Shown here: in pieces, positions 48,498-58,225 of the stretch
Layout: each line of letters starts with the position of its first letter
How positions within the stretch are numbered: position 1 is the first letter of the stretch
Assembly: GCA_037127995.1 (NCBI GenBank)
Contig: JBAXXH010000007.1
Span: 1,184-65,183, forward strand
Source: Methylococcaceae bacterium
Lineage (GTDB): Bacteria > Pseudomonadota > Gammaproteobacteria > Methylococcales > Methylomonadaceae
Direction of reading: 5' to 3'
DNA length: 64,000 bases
The notes under the pieces: model-generated
The model's input: the letters and a program-made list of their open reading frames with translations, nothing else
Told to the model about the DNA's origin: nothing
The model's database searches: none
Position numbers and translations under genes: made by a program

Positions 48498-49919
48498 TTA
48501 CCGGTCTCCGTGTGTTGGCTCGGTGGGCTTTTGAAGCGTATCAGTCCCTTTATCGCCAAAGCCGTCCAAGGCTGATTTAAGATTGCTTTCAGCATCAATC
48601 AGGAAATTGGCATGAATGACCACTTCATCACCGGCCGTTAATCCTTCCAGAACCGCGTAGTAACCGTCAGCGAGTAGCCCCAATTTTACGGTACGAGGTT
48701 CAAACTGTCCTTCGCCCCGCTTTAACAACACAACCTGCCGTGTACCGCTGTCAATCACTGCCGAATCGGGAACAGCCAAACCCGCTGCCTTATCGTCCCT
48801 CGCCGCCAATGTTAAGCCGCCATATAATCCGGGCTTCAACAAACCTTCCGTGTTGAGCAATTCAACACGCACTTTGACGGTACGGGTTTCCGTTGCCAGC
48901 GTTGGATAGATAAAGCCGACTTTGCCACTAAACTGCCGATCAGGATAAGCGTTAATATGCACTTGCACAACCTGCCCCAAGCGCACCCCGGCTATATCCT
49001 GCTCAAACACATCCGCCAACAGCCAAACCGTGCTTAAATCGGCAATGCGAAACAGCAGCTCACCGGGCATAAAACGCATCCCTTCTTGCGCCGGTTTATC
49101 CAGTACCACGCCAGTCACCGGCGACAGCAACGATAGCGTATCCACCGGCTTTTCCAGGTTTTGTAATCGTTGTAATTGTGCCGGAGCAATATCCCAATAA
49201 TGTAACCGTTGCAACGCGTTTTCGGCCAGATTTTTAGCGGTTGCCAGTGCCTGAACGCTACCCATTTTTAATACTTGTTGGCCTTGTCTCGCAATCAGAT
49301 ATTCCTGCTGGGCAGTGACCAGTTCGGGGCTGTATATCTCCAGCAACGGCTGGCCGCGCTTGACGGTTTGACCGGTGGCATTGACATACAAACGCTGAAT
49401 CCAGCCTGCAAATTTGGGTGTCACAGCGTGGACGCGCCGTTCGTCAACTTGAATACTGCCCAGTGCGCGAATACTGTGAGTCAGTTTACGTTCTATCACG
49501 GTTGCCGTTTTTACGCCCAATTTCTGAACTTTTTCAGGACTGATCTGAATCTGCCCAAGCGTAGCCCGTTCGCCTTCATAAACCGGCAGGTAGTCCATGC
49601 CCATTTCATCCTTTTTAGGTACGAGTGACGTATCCGCAGCGCCCATGGGATGCCGATAATACAGAATTTTACCGGATTTTGGAGGAGTCATTGCTGTCGG
49701 TTCTTCTGCATAAATCGCCACATAATCCATACCCATCTCATCTTTGGTGGGCGTCGTCGAAGTGACTTGAGGGTTCATTGGATGCCGGTAATACAGGGGT
49801 TTTCTTTCGCTGACTTTGGTATCGTTAAGGTTTAGGGGGTTTTCTTGATGGCGTCCCATCCAGAATCCGAGGCTTAAGCCCAGTATTAAAATCAACATTA
49901 ACGGGATAAATCTAGTCAT
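48498..49919 (-). CDS. cusB: CusB-type membrane fusion protein with two His/Met heavy-metal-binding repeats
   Basis: Two YYRHPM...KDEMGMDY repeats, biotinyl-lipoyl YSPELVTAQQEYL and LKPGLYG. Confidence 0.92.
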   Translation of the reverse strand: MTRFIPLMLILILGLSLGFWMGRHQENPLNLNDTKVSERKPLYYRHPMNPQVTSTTPTKDEMGMDYVAIYAEEPTAMTPPKSGKILYYRHPMGAADTSLVPKKDEMGMDYLPVYEGERATLGQIQISPEKVQKLGVKTATVIERKLTHSIRALGSIQVDERRVHAVTPKFAGWIQRLYVNATGQTVKRGQPLLEIYSPELVTAQQEYLIARQGQQVLKMGSVQALATAKNLAENALQRLHYWDIAPAQLQRLQNLEKPVDTLSLLSPVTGVVLDKPAQEGMRFMPGELLFRIADLSTVWLLADVFEQDIAGVRLGQVVQVHINAYPDRQFSGKVGFIYPTLATETRTVKVRVELLNTEGLLKPGLYGGLTLAARDDKAAGLAVPDSAVIDSGTRQVVLLKRGEGQFEPRTVKLGLLADGYYAVLEGLTAGDEVVIHANFLIDAESNLKSALDGFGDKGTDTLQKPTEPTHGDR

Positions 49920-51327
49920 GGCTTAACTCCTCGCCCACTTCAGCAGACAGTTCTGCTAAAATTTGCTGAGTGTTGGTCAAGGCCTGCCAATATTGCGTTT
50001 GATACTGAAAAAAGTTAATTTGTGTGCGTAACAAATCGGTAAAATCGGTCTGACTCACTTGATAGCCTGCCAGTAGCGAATTAACCGCTTGCTGAGCCTG
50101 CGGGATAATTTCATGTTCGAGCAGCAACAGTTTTTCTTTGGTCTGTTGATACTCGGTGGCTTTGGCTGCTATTCCGGCCTGAATTTTATGATGTTCGTCC
50201 TGCAAGGAATACTGCTCTTGTAAAAGTTCACTCTTGCGCTGATCAACGGCTTTAGCTTGCTTGGTGTTGGCATAAATGGGCATGTTCATGCTTAATTGGA
50301 CATTGGCAAAATCGCTACGCGTCTGCCCTGCCGGGGTATTCTGCCGTATCGCATAACCGCCGCCCACCGTAAAGTCCGGGTAGAAATCCTGCTTTGCCAG
50401 ATCCACCCTGTCTTTTGCAGCACCCAGCATCTTCTGGTGTTGGGCGAATAAAGGACGGACTTTCAACGCCTTGTCCTGTAATACAGATTCGATAAGAGTC
50501 GGTAATTTGAACGCGGGTTCTACCGGAATTTTTGCGGGCGTTTCCACCGCGAGATCCAGCAAGGCATTGATTAGGGTGTTTTGAGTGCGACGTAAACTGA
50601 CCAACTCCAGTTTTTCACTCTTGAGTTTGGACAATTCAAGTTGGGCCAACAGAACGTCTTGCTGAGCGCCGGTGCCCACTTTATATTTTGCCTGAGCGAT
50701 ATCAATCAACTGTTGGAAGAAAAATTCGGCTTCGTCCAGTAAACTCAAAGCCCGATCGTAATAAAATAGCCGCCACCATCCCTGTTTTACTTCACGTACC
50801 AACCGCAAACGCGCTTCATCAACCGAATCAGTAGCGGCCAGCGCTTCCTGCTCGGCGATTTTTTCCCGCAAAGCCAGCTTGCCGGGAAAAGGGATCATCT
50901 GGCTAACACCCATTTCCACCATGGTCATATCTTCATCGCGCAGACTGAAACTGCGCGTTGGCAGGTTTAATAACCCAAAGTTGACTGTCGGGTCTGGCAA
51001 GGAACCGGCTTGAGAAGGGATTGCCGCCATCGCTTCAGCACGCGCCTTAATCTCTCCCAAACCGGGATTGCCAGCCAAAGCACGCTCAATCGCCAAAGGC
51101 AGCGTCATGAAAGTTTCATCGCCAGGCTTGGACTTTGATTCAGCCAAGGCCTCACCCCAGCTCACACGGACTGTACTGGTTGAAATATGAAATGACAGGC
51201 CCGGCGAAAACATCACCAGCCAAAAGATTACCGTAGTACACGCCAAATAGACGTGACGCATCGGCCACAGAAAAATAAAGAAAAACATGGTGGTTCCTTT
51301 TAAATCGAAAAAAAACAGGCTCCGCAA
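49912..51327 (-). CDS. TolC/CusC-family outer-membrane efflux protein
   Basis: SLPDP, QMIPFPGKLAL, YPDFTVGGGY and AGYQVS. Operonic with cusB. True start is probably downstream of 51327. Confidence 0.9.
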   Translation of the reverse strand: MRSLFFFDLKGTTMFFFIFLWPMRHVYLACTTVIFWLVMFSPGLSFHISTSTVRVSWGEALAESKSKPGDETFMTLPLAIERALAGNPGLGEIKARAEAMAAIPSQAGSLPDPTVNFGLLNLPTRSFSLRDEDMTMVEMGVSQMIPFPGKLALREKIAEQEALAATDSVDEARLRLVREVKQGWWRLFYYDRALSLLDEAEFFFQQLIDIAQAKYKVGTGAQQDVLLAQLELSKLKSEKLELVSLRRTQNTLINALLDLAVETPAKIPVEPAFKLPTLIESVLQDKALKVRPLFAQHQKMLGAAKDRVDLAKQDFYPDFTVGGGYAIRQNTPAGQTRSDFANVQLSMNMPIYANTKQAKAVDQRKSELLQEQYSLQDEHHKIQAGIAAKATEYQQTKEKLLLLEHEIIPQAQQAVNSLLAGYQVSQTDFTDLLRTQINFFQYQTQYWQALTNTQQILAELSAEVGEELSHD

Positions 51328-51375
51328 ACGCAGAGCAGCTCTGTACCGGTAGGGTACAATCGATTTGGAGGAAGG

Positions 51376-51804
51376 CTAATTCAGCAGGGTGCAGAACCGG
51401 TAGATAAGCAGAACCCGTCGACCGAGCGGCGAGTCAGTTTTGCGAGGAACTTTTATGGGGGAATAAATTTGAAACAAGCACCAAAACGTCCATAGTAAAC
51501 TCAGCATAAAAATCGGCAGATCCGGTTTGGTCAGGCGATTAAAATCGCTGAATGAATCAGGTTGCGAATCCATACAGGGCTTGAATGAGCAATCCTGCAT
51601 AGTTTTGGGGGCATGATCCGGCTGATGCGAATGCACGGATACATGAGGTTCCGAACAGCCCTGAACAGGATTGGACATCGCAATCAATAACGAAGGCATG
51701 GTGCAGGTCGCCGAAATGCTCAAAGAGATCCAGCTCACCAGCAGCGCGAACACCAAGCTGTGCAGGTAAGGACGATTTCTTTTGGAATGCAATCCTGTTA
51801 TCAC
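51376..51804 (-). CDS. Small Cys/His-rich membrane/exported protein typical of the first gene of heavy-metal efflux operons
   Basis: Hydrophobic N-terminus, CTMP...C...HSH...H...CSFKPC and RRVLLIYRFCTLLN end. Confidence 0.6.
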   Translation of the reverse strand: MITGLHSKRNRPYLHSLVFALLVSWISLSISATCTMPSLLIAMSNPVQGCSEPHVSVHSHQPDHAPKTMQDCSFKPCMDSQPDSFSDFNRLTKPDLPIFMLSLLWTFWCLFQIYSPIKVPRKTDSPLGRRVLLIYRFCTLLN

Positions 51805-51828
51805 TATGCCTCACTGCGTAGAAGATTA

Positions 51829-51883
51829 ACTAACTTATAAGTTAGTATACGAGAAAATACTTAACGATTATACAACTGTATAA
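51829..51883. promoter_or_regulatory. Two palindromic operator candidates upstream of the cus-like operon, including a cop-box match
   Basis: ACTAACTTATAAGTTAGT (51829-51846) is a perfect 18-bp palindrome. TTATACAACTGTATAA (51868-51883) contains TACAnnTGTA. Confidence 0.5.
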
Positions 51884-52007
51884 AAAATTAGGTTATCCAA
51901 TCTTTAGGTTATAGGTTCGATATGTCCCTTAGAGCCAGCAACTTAAAGTCGGGAATAACATCCTTTAAAGGGATATTATCCATCCCAGCTTAAGTTTATA
52001 GCCGCCA

Positions 52008-52778
52008 TTAGCGTAAAAACCGACCACCACTTATATCAATCAAGGCTCCATTAATATGCGACGACATGTCACTGGCAAGAAAAAGCACCGAACTTGCAAC
52101 TTCTTCAGCAAACGTGTTTCTCCCTAACGGAGTCTGCTTGCGGTAATTCTCCATCATCTCTGCGGTGGAATGGATCTCATGATGCTGGGTTTCCACCGTT
52201 CCAGGCATAACTGAATTGGTGCGTACTTGAGGAGCGAGTTCTTTAGCCAAGGTATGGGTAAAGACCATAAGACCGCCTTTTGCCGCAGCATAAGATCCGC
52301 CACCGTTAGCGCCGCCCGTTTGTACCGAAAGTGAAAGCACATTAATTATACGACCGCTGCCGGTTGCCCGTAGATGCGGAATTGCGTGTTTGGTTAACAA
52401 AAAAGCACTGGTGAGGTTAAGATCCAGCGATTTATTCCAGTTTTCCAGAGTGCACTCTTCAATTTTGGCACGCTTAACCAAGCCGCCGCTGTTATTGACC
52501 AAAATATCCAGGCGACCTGCTTTTGCCACCAGCTTATCAACAATTGCGTTGGCTTCCTCTTCTTTAGTCAAATCGGCTGGTAATAACATGGCGTTAATAT
52601 GTAAAGCCGATAATTCATCCAGCAATTTTTCAGCGCCTTCTTTACTGGAATGGTAGTGGATACCAATAAACGCGCCAGCGTGCCCCAAGGCCAAGGCCAC
52701 GGCCCGTCCAATACCCACTCCTGCGCCGCTAACCAAGGCTACCTTGCCCGTTAAGTTTAATCTTTGCTCGGGTATCAT
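52008..52778 (-). CDS. Short-chain dehydrogenase/reductase (FabG-like)
   Basis: VSGAGVGIG, LVNNSG and YAAAK catalytic motif. Confidence 0.92.
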   Translation of the reverse strand: MIPEQRLNLTGKVALVSGAGVGIGRAVALALGHAGAFIGIHYHSSKEGAEKLLDELSALHINAMLLPADLTKEEEANAIVDKLVAKAGRLDILVNNSGGLVKRAKIEECTLENWNKSLDLNLTSAFLLTKHAIPHLRATGSGRIINVLSLSVQTGGANGGGSYAAAKGGLMVFTHTLAKELAPQVRTNSVMPGTVETQHHEIHSTAEMMENYRKQTPLGRNTFAEEVASSVLFLASDMSSHINGALIDISGGRFLR

Positions 52779-52850
52779 GTTGGCACTCCTAAAAATAATG
52801 AGTTACTTAATATTATGCAAGTCATAAGAAAACACCACGAAAACACGAGT

Positions 52851-52968
52851 TATAGCCGCGACGTGGGCGACGCTCCCACCGTGGGAGCGTCGCCCACGTC
52901 GCGACTAACGAAAATATCTCGATTGATCCGGGATTACCTCAGTCAAGCTAAAAAAACTAAAACAACAA
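52851..52968. repeat. Dispersed GCGACGTG palindrome element (copy 3, 5'-truncated)
   Basis: Matches 6966-7080 and 31007-31121. Confidence 0.85.
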
Positions 52969-52970
52969 GT

Positions 52971-53435
52971 TTAAAGACTTTTTACTTTTTCCAGAACTTC
53001 CTGTGCATGTCCATCAGGTGTTACGCCATAAGCCACGTCAATCAGTGTGCCTTTTTTATCAATGATAAATGTAGAGCGCAAGATAGCCATACTCTTAACA
53101 CCATTTTTTTCGCGTTCCCGCCATACGCCATAGCTTTCGCAAAGCTCGCCACTGGTATCCGCCAGTAAATCGATTTTTAAGCCAAATTTGTTTATAAAAT
53201 CGATATGACTTTCACAAGAGTCTTTGCTGACACCGATAACAACGGTATCGTATTTGCCAAACTCCTCAGCAAGCTTGGTAAAATCATTGGCTTCTATGGT
53301 GCAACCCGGCGTGTCGTCTTTAGGGTAAAAATATAAAACGACATTTTTTTTATCGGCGTAATCAGATAAGTTAACCAGTTGATTATGTTGATTGGGTGAA
53401 CTAAACAGCGGCGCTTTTTGTTGATTTTCCAGCAT
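52971..53435 (-). CDS. bcp: Peroxiredoxin BCP/PrxQ
   Basis: LYFYPKDDTPGCTIEA and RSTFIID. Confidence 0.93.
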   Translation of the reverse strand: MLENQQKAPLFSSPNQHNQLVNLSDYADKKNVVLYFYPKDDTPGCTIEANDFTKLAEEFGKYDTVVIGVSKDSCESHIDFINKFGLKIDLLADTSGELCESYGVWREREKNGVKSMAILRSTFIIDKKGTLIDVAYGVTPDGHAQEVLEKVKSL

Positions 53436-53611
53436 GGTAATCCCCTTTAAGAAACTGACAGATTATTAAAATAAACGCCGTATAAACAAACGACTCGACC
53501 AACATCATAATCAGCTAAACGCATAAAGTCCAGATATCCGCTTTTCCACTAAAAAATCAGTCATAAAAACCGGCTTAAAAGTTGCAACGCAGGATCATTC
53601 ATAAACTGGTT

Positions 53612-53821
53612 TTAATAATGCGGCGGCACTTCATCACTATTTTCACCCCCGCCATTGCCCTCAGTAGACACACTCTTTATACGCTCGTTAAGTAACCGAC
53701 ACGTTGCTTCCAATCGACCTATTTGTTGCTGTTGCTGGCCGACTATTTTATTGAGTTCCTGCAGCAAGTCTTCTTGGTAAGCAGTCTTGATTTCAAGCTC
53801 TACGATTCGGTTATCATTCAT
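53612..53821 (-). CDS. slyX: SlyX family protein
   Basis: RIVELEIKTAYQED...EVPPHY. Confidence 0.92.
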   Translation of the reverse strand: MNDNRIVELEIKTAYQEDLLQELNKIVGQQQQQIGRLEATCRLLNERIKSVSTEGNGGGENSDEVPPHY

Positions 53822-53829
53822 AAGGGTTT

Positions 53830-55215
53830 TTAAATAACTTTAGAAAACTGATGCTGTTGTTTTTGCACCAGATACTTGTCAAAAACCATGCAGATATTAC
53901 GGATCAATAAACGTCCTGCCGGTAAAACTTGAATTCCGGTTGCGGATACTGTTAATAAACCATCGGCTTGCATGGGTTCCAATGCCTGAAGTTCTTTTGC
54001 AAAATACTCACTAAAGTTAATGGAAAATTCCCGTTCGATAGTCGCAAAGGTTAATCCAAAATGGCAGATTGTTTGGGTAATTACAGCGCGGCGTAACTTG
54101 TCGTCATCATCCAGTTCAACCCCTTTAAAAACCGGTAATTTGTTTTGGCTGATAAGGCGGTCGTACTCGTCCAGTTCTTTAACATTCTGGCTGTACGCAT
54201 CCCCAACCCTGCCAATAGAAGTAATGCCGAAACCTATCAGGTCACAATCTGAATGGGTTGAATAGCCCTGAAAATTTCGGTACAACTTGCCTTCCCGTTG
54301 GGCAATGGCCAACTCATCATCCGGTTTGGCAAAGTGGTCCATACCGATATAAACATAACCGGCTTCTGTCAGCTTAAGACCTACCATTTGTAAAATAGCC
54401 AACTTAACTTCTGCACTGGGCATGTCGGCATCGTTAATCTGCCGTTGGGTTTTAAACCGATTCGGCATGTGGGCATAATTGAAAATAGAAAAGCGATCCG
54501 GTGCGGCCGCCAGTATGGTGTCCAGCGTTTTGGCAAAGGTGGTGACCGTTTGCAGCGGCAAGCCGTAGATTAAATCAATATTGGTTGAGCGAAAGCCTTC
54601 AGCGCGTGCGGCCTCCAACACACTAAAAGTTTGTTCTTCACTTTGAATACGATTAATGGCTTTTTGTACGGCTGGATCAAAATCCTGCAAACCCAGACTG
54701 ATGCGGTTAAAGCCCAGTTCACGCAATTGTTTAATGGTTTGCGAATGGGTTTCCCTAGGATCAACTTCTATGGAATATTCCCCGCTGTCATCATCTTTTA
54801 ACAAAAAATGCTGACGGGTTACCGCCATTAATTTCTGCATTTGCTCAAAGCTTAAAAAAGTCGGGGTGCCACCGCCCCAATGCAACTGATTAACCACGCG
54901 ATTGGAATCAAACAACTCACCTTGAAGAGCAATTTCTTTATACAGATTAACCAGATAAGGTTCTGCATGTTTGCGGTTTTTAGTGACTATTTTATTGCAG
55001 GCGCAATAAAAACACACGGTATCGCAAAAAGGAATGTGAAAATACAGCGATAACGGGCCACCGGCCGCATTGGATTTGGCGATGTGTTGACGATAGTTTT
55101 CATCAGTAAAGCCGTCATGCAATTCCAATGCCGTTGGGTATGAAGTATAACGCGGCCCCGCCTTGTCATAACGATTGATCAGCGCCAGATCGAACTTGAG
55201 AGATTGATCCATCAT
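53830..55215 (-). CDS. hemN: Oxygen-independent coproporphyrinogen III oxidase
   Basis: GPRYTSYPTA, HIPFCDTVCFYCAC, HWGGGTPT and RNFQGYST. Confidence 0.97.
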   Translation of the reverse strand: MMDQSLKFDLALINRYDKAGPRYTSYPTALELHDGFTDENYRQHIAKSNAAGGPLSLYFHIPFCDTVCFYCACNKIVTKNRKHAEPYLVNLYKEIALQGELFDSNRVVNQLHWGGGTPTFLSFEQMQKLMAVTRQHFLLKDDDSGEYSIEVDPRETHSQTIKQLRELGFNRISLGLQDFDPAVQKAINRIQSEEQTFSVLEAARAEGFRSTNIDLIYGLPLQTVTTFAKTLDTILAAAPDRFSIFNYAHMPNRFKTQRQINDADMPSAEVKLAILQMVGLKLTEAGYVYIGMDHFAKPDDELAIAQREGKLYRNFQGYSTHSDCDLIGFGITSIGRVGDAYSQNVKELDEYDRLISQNKLPVFKGVELDDDDKLRRAVITQTICHFGLTFATIEREFSINFSEYFAKELQALEPMQADGLLTVSATGIQVLPAGRLLIRNICMVFDKYLVQKQQHQFSKVI

Positions 55216-56477
55216 TTAACTGATCCATTAATGACTATTCTATGATTCTTTTTATCCGCCAAAGTCACCTGGTCAATACTGCCTATTAAATCACCCGGTT
55301 GTGACATGGCATTACCTGACTTTGAAATACGCGCCAGTAATTTAACCTGAGAAAAATTGGATAATTTCATAGTGGGCATCATTGCCATCGTGTCGTTTAA
55401 ACTGACTGATAACGGTAAATCTGACACCTGTTTACGCACGATGGCCAAGGGCATTTTAGGGCCGGATAGCGCTTGCGCATAAACAAAAACCGTATCGCCG
55501 GGACTGGTCGCTTTTAGTAACTCCGGTGCCAGACTGACCTGTACATCAACAGCAACGCCCGCCACATCCGTGGGTTGGGTAGAGACGCGATTAATCGCGT
55601 CTCTACTTTCAATTTTAGCGTCTGTAGCGACGGGATTAATCGCGTCTCTACTTTCAATTTTAGCCAGTAAGTCTTGTATTTCTTGCAAGGGTTCAGAGTT
55701 GGGTGGCAGTAACGTTTCCAGTTTTTTCCATAACTTGATCGCCGTAGCAGAATCACCTTGTTGGGCTTTTGCCATCCCACCCAGCCATAAGGCGTTCATA
55801 TTGTCAGGTTCCAGTGCCAAGGCTTTAAAGACCAATTCTGTGGGTTTTCCTGCCAGATTTTTATCATTGGCATAAGCGATGGCATCGGCATAAAGTAACA
55901 TGACTTCGGCTTGATCACCCAACAAACGATAGGCATTGGCAAACGCATCAACCGCTTTAGGAAATTGATCCAAGGCTTTATAAGAACGACCCAACATTAA
56001 CCAACCTTTAGCGTCATCAGGATTGACTTTCATCTTTTCGGCCAAACCGCCAACCATTTTGTTGATTTCTGCAAGCTTGAGCGCCTCCGGATCGACAGAC
56101 ATTTCAGCGCTGTGACTGATGGCTTGATAATTACCCAACGTAAAATAAAGTGACCCTGCCAACAAAGGGATTCCCAAAGCCAAGACATAAATCACCCACT
56201 TGCCCTGACTTTGTGCAGCGGTCACATGACTTTTTATTTCCAGATCATCACTCAAGGCCTGCTCAAGATCCGCTAACTGCTCCTCATATTGGGCCTGACT
56301 TAAGCCACCTGACAACCTGTTTTCTTTAAGTTCAGCCAAACGATACTGCGCAATGGCAATGTTGCGTTGATCAAGGTCAGCCTCTTGAACTGTTTGTTTG
56401 CGCCATAGCGGTGGCAAGATCAGTAAAAAAGCGATTAATATCAGAACACTGACAATCAGTAAAAATAGCATATTCAA
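55212..56477 (-). CDS. ccmI: Cytochrome c biogenesis TPR protein CcmI/CycH
   Basis: NIAIAQYRLAEL, GWLMLGRSY TPR and C-terminal PLAIVRK...LPLSVSLND. Confidence 0.92.
   Translation of the reverse strand: MNMLFLLIVSVLILIAFLLILPPLWRKQTVQEADLDQRNIAIAQYRLAELKENRLSGGLSQAQYEEQLADLEQALSDDLEIKSHVTAAQSQGKWVIYVLALGIPLLAGSLYFTLGNYQAISHSAEMSVDPEALKLAEINKMVGGLAEKMKVNPDDAKGWLMLGRSYKALDQFPKAVDAFANAYRLLGDQAEVMLLYADAIAYANDKNLAGKPTELVFKALALEPDNMNALWLGGMAKAQQGDSATAIKLWKKLETLLPPNSEPLQEIQDLLAKIESRDAINPVATDAKIESRDAINRVSTQPTDVAGVAVDVQVSLAPELLKATSPGDTVFVYAQALSGPKMPLAIVRKQVSDLPLSVSLNDTMAMMPTMKLSNFSQVKLLARISKSGNAMSQPGDLIGSIDQVTLADKKNHRIVINGSVK
55579..55664. repeat. In-frame REP palindrome, tandemly duplicated with a 45-bp period, inside ccmI
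   Basis: GTAGAGACGCGATTAATCGCGTCTCTAC is a perfect 28-bp palindrome at 55579-55606, with a degenerate copy at 55624-55651. Confidence 0.9.
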
Positions 56478-56950
56478 GAGTGGTTACCTTTTTCCAACAA
56501 ACTGCGAATTTTTTTTTGTTTTTCGACATCCCTTCGCAAGGTTCCTGCGTCAGGATGCAAAATGGCGGCGGCTTTTTTACGCCGGATAAAAACAAATACC
56601 GCGATTAAACCCATTAATAAAAAAACCACCGGAGCAATCCAAAGCACACTGGTTTTACCTTTAAAAGGCGGTTTATATAACACAAAGTCACCGTAGCGAT
56701 CCGTCATAAACTGAACAATTTCTTCCTTGGATTTTCCCTGTTGCAGCATCTCATAAACTTGCCTGCGCAAATCTGCGGCCAGCTCGGCATTGGAATCGCC
56801 GATGGTTTGGTTTTGACACACCAGACAACGTAATTCCGAGGTCAAAGTCTCGTAGCTTTCTTGCTGCTTGGGATCGGATAATTGCCGATAATCCAGTGCG
56901 TAACTGCTACCGGACAGCATTAACAGAAAAATAAACAATAAACGCTTCAT
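56474..56950 (-). CDS. ccmH: Cytochrome c biogenesis protein CcmH/CycL
   Basis: LRCLVCQNQ and RYGDFVLYKPP. Confidence 0.95.
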   Translation of the reverse strand: MKRLLFIFLLMLSGSSYALDYRQLSDPKQQESYETLTSELRCLVCQNQTIGDSNAELAADLRRQVYEMLQQGKSKEEIVQFMTDRYGDFVLYKPPFKGKTSVLWIAPVVFLLMGLIAVFVFIRRKKAAAILHPDAGTLRRDVEKQKKIRSLLEKGNHS

Positions 56951-57480
56951 TAAGATTCCGCTTGTAATTTGGCAATTAAAGGAAGAAAGATTTGTTGCAC
57001 ATCTTCCGCAGTAACAGGCCCGGTATGTTTGTAACGAATCAGCCCTTTTTTATCAATGACAAAAGTTTCCGGTACACCATAAACGCCATAGTCTATACCG
57101 ATGCGGCCATCCTGATCCATAATACTGACGTTATAGGGATTACCCAACGTATCCAGCCACTTTTGGGCATCATTAGGATCATCCTTATAATTCAACCCGA
57201 CAATAACAACCGCTTGTTGTTGAGCCAACTGATTCAATATCGGATGTTCGGCACGACACGACACGCACCACGATGCCCAGACATTAAACAACCAGACCTT
57301 ACCTTTTAAATCGGCAGGCGTTAATTTTTGCTCGGGCGCTTGCAACTTGGGAGCGGAAAAGTTCGGTGCGGGTTTGTTAATAAACGGTGAAGGAATTTCA
57401 CCTGGATTAAGATTTAAACCCAGCGCCAGAAACACCGCCAAGATGATGAATAATAGTAAAGGGATTATAAATTTAAGCAT
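56950..57480 (-). CDS. ccmG: Thiol:disulfide oxidoreductase CcmG/DsbE
   Basis: WASWCVSC and GVYGVPETF. Start moved to ATG 57480. Confidence 0.95.
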   Translation of the reverse strand: MLKFIIPLLLFIILAVFLALGLNLNPGEIPSPFINKPAPNFSAPKLQAPEQKLTPADLKGKVWLFNVWASWCVSCRAEHPILNQLAQQQAVVIVGLNYKDDPNDAQKWLDTLGNPYNVSIMDQDGRIGIDYGVYGVPETFVIDKKGLIRYKHTGPVTAEDVQQIFLPLIAKLQAES

Positions 57481-57502
57481 TTCTATTTTTTTAAGTGCAA
57501 AA

Positions 57503-57928
57503 CTAGCAGGATGATGGAAAAATTTTAAAACCAAGCAGCGAAAAATGATAATCAAAAGTAAAAACCTGTTTTATTTCTAAACGCTGCATAACAAAAAATG
57601 ACAAGCAATCAGTAAAACTTACTTTTTGATCGGCATACTTTTGAAATAACGTTAAAGCACAGTGTTCATCAGCTTCACTGCTACGTTCAATAACAACCAG
57701 CTCAGAAGCATAGATCTGCACTATTTTTCTGCTTGCAAACGCATACTCAGTCCGGCGTGCCAAAAGCGTTGCCAACTCATCAATAATATGGTTTGTGATA
57801 TAGATTTTCCGTTGTTGTTTTTCTAATTCCAGCCATGCCTTATAAGCTTGTTGGTGACGCTGGTCTGCTTTATGAAAAAGTGCTAAATAAGCCCCTGTAT
57901 CAACAAAAATACGGTAATCTTTTATCAT
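57503..57928 (-). CDS. VapC-like PIN-domain toxin
   Basis: IFVDTGAY, IIDELATLL, SFTDCLSF and FTFDYHF. Confidence 0.88.
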   Translation of the reverse strand: MIKDYRIFVDTGAYLALFHKADQRHQQAYKAWLELEKQQRKIYITNHIIDELATLLARRTEYAFASRKIVQIYASELVVIERSSEADEHCALTLFQKYADQKVSFTDCLSFFVMQRLEIKQVFTFDYHFSLLGFKIFPSSC

Positions 57929-58167
57929 GGATTATCGTACAAATAATGATCATGATTATCCGCCAAATCGGTCGGCCCTTCGCCTTCCCAGACATCCTCA
58001 TTTAAAAAAGCATAAGCAGTTTTTGGAGTTGCCACCTGATCGGGTCGAGTTTGTTGCAAAATAAGATATTCAAGCAGTCTTTTAATGCGTTGCTGTTGTG
58101 TAATGCTGGCGTGTTGAAAAGCGGATACCGCCTCCGGGTTAATGTTTTCAATATGTAGATTTGCCAT
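57925..58167 (-). CDS. Putative antitoxin of the VapC-like toxin
   Basis: 80 aa ending in GPTDLADNHDHYLY, a typical antitoxin tail. 4-bp overlap with the toxin. Confidence 0.75.
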   Translation of the reverse strand: MANLHIENINPEAVSAFQHASITQQQRIKRLLEYLILQQTRPDQVATPKTAYAFLNEDVWEGEGPTDLADNHDHYLYDNP

Positions 58168-58225
58168 AGTGGTTCCTCAATATTTTAAGGTAGTTGACTA
58201 GTCGATAATAAATTCAATTAACCGG

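Noticed and set aside
51376-51804. Methanobactin or other RiPP precursor near the copper genes
   Set aside because: It is too long and hydrophobic for MbnA, and no mbnBC-like or other modifying genes are adjacent.
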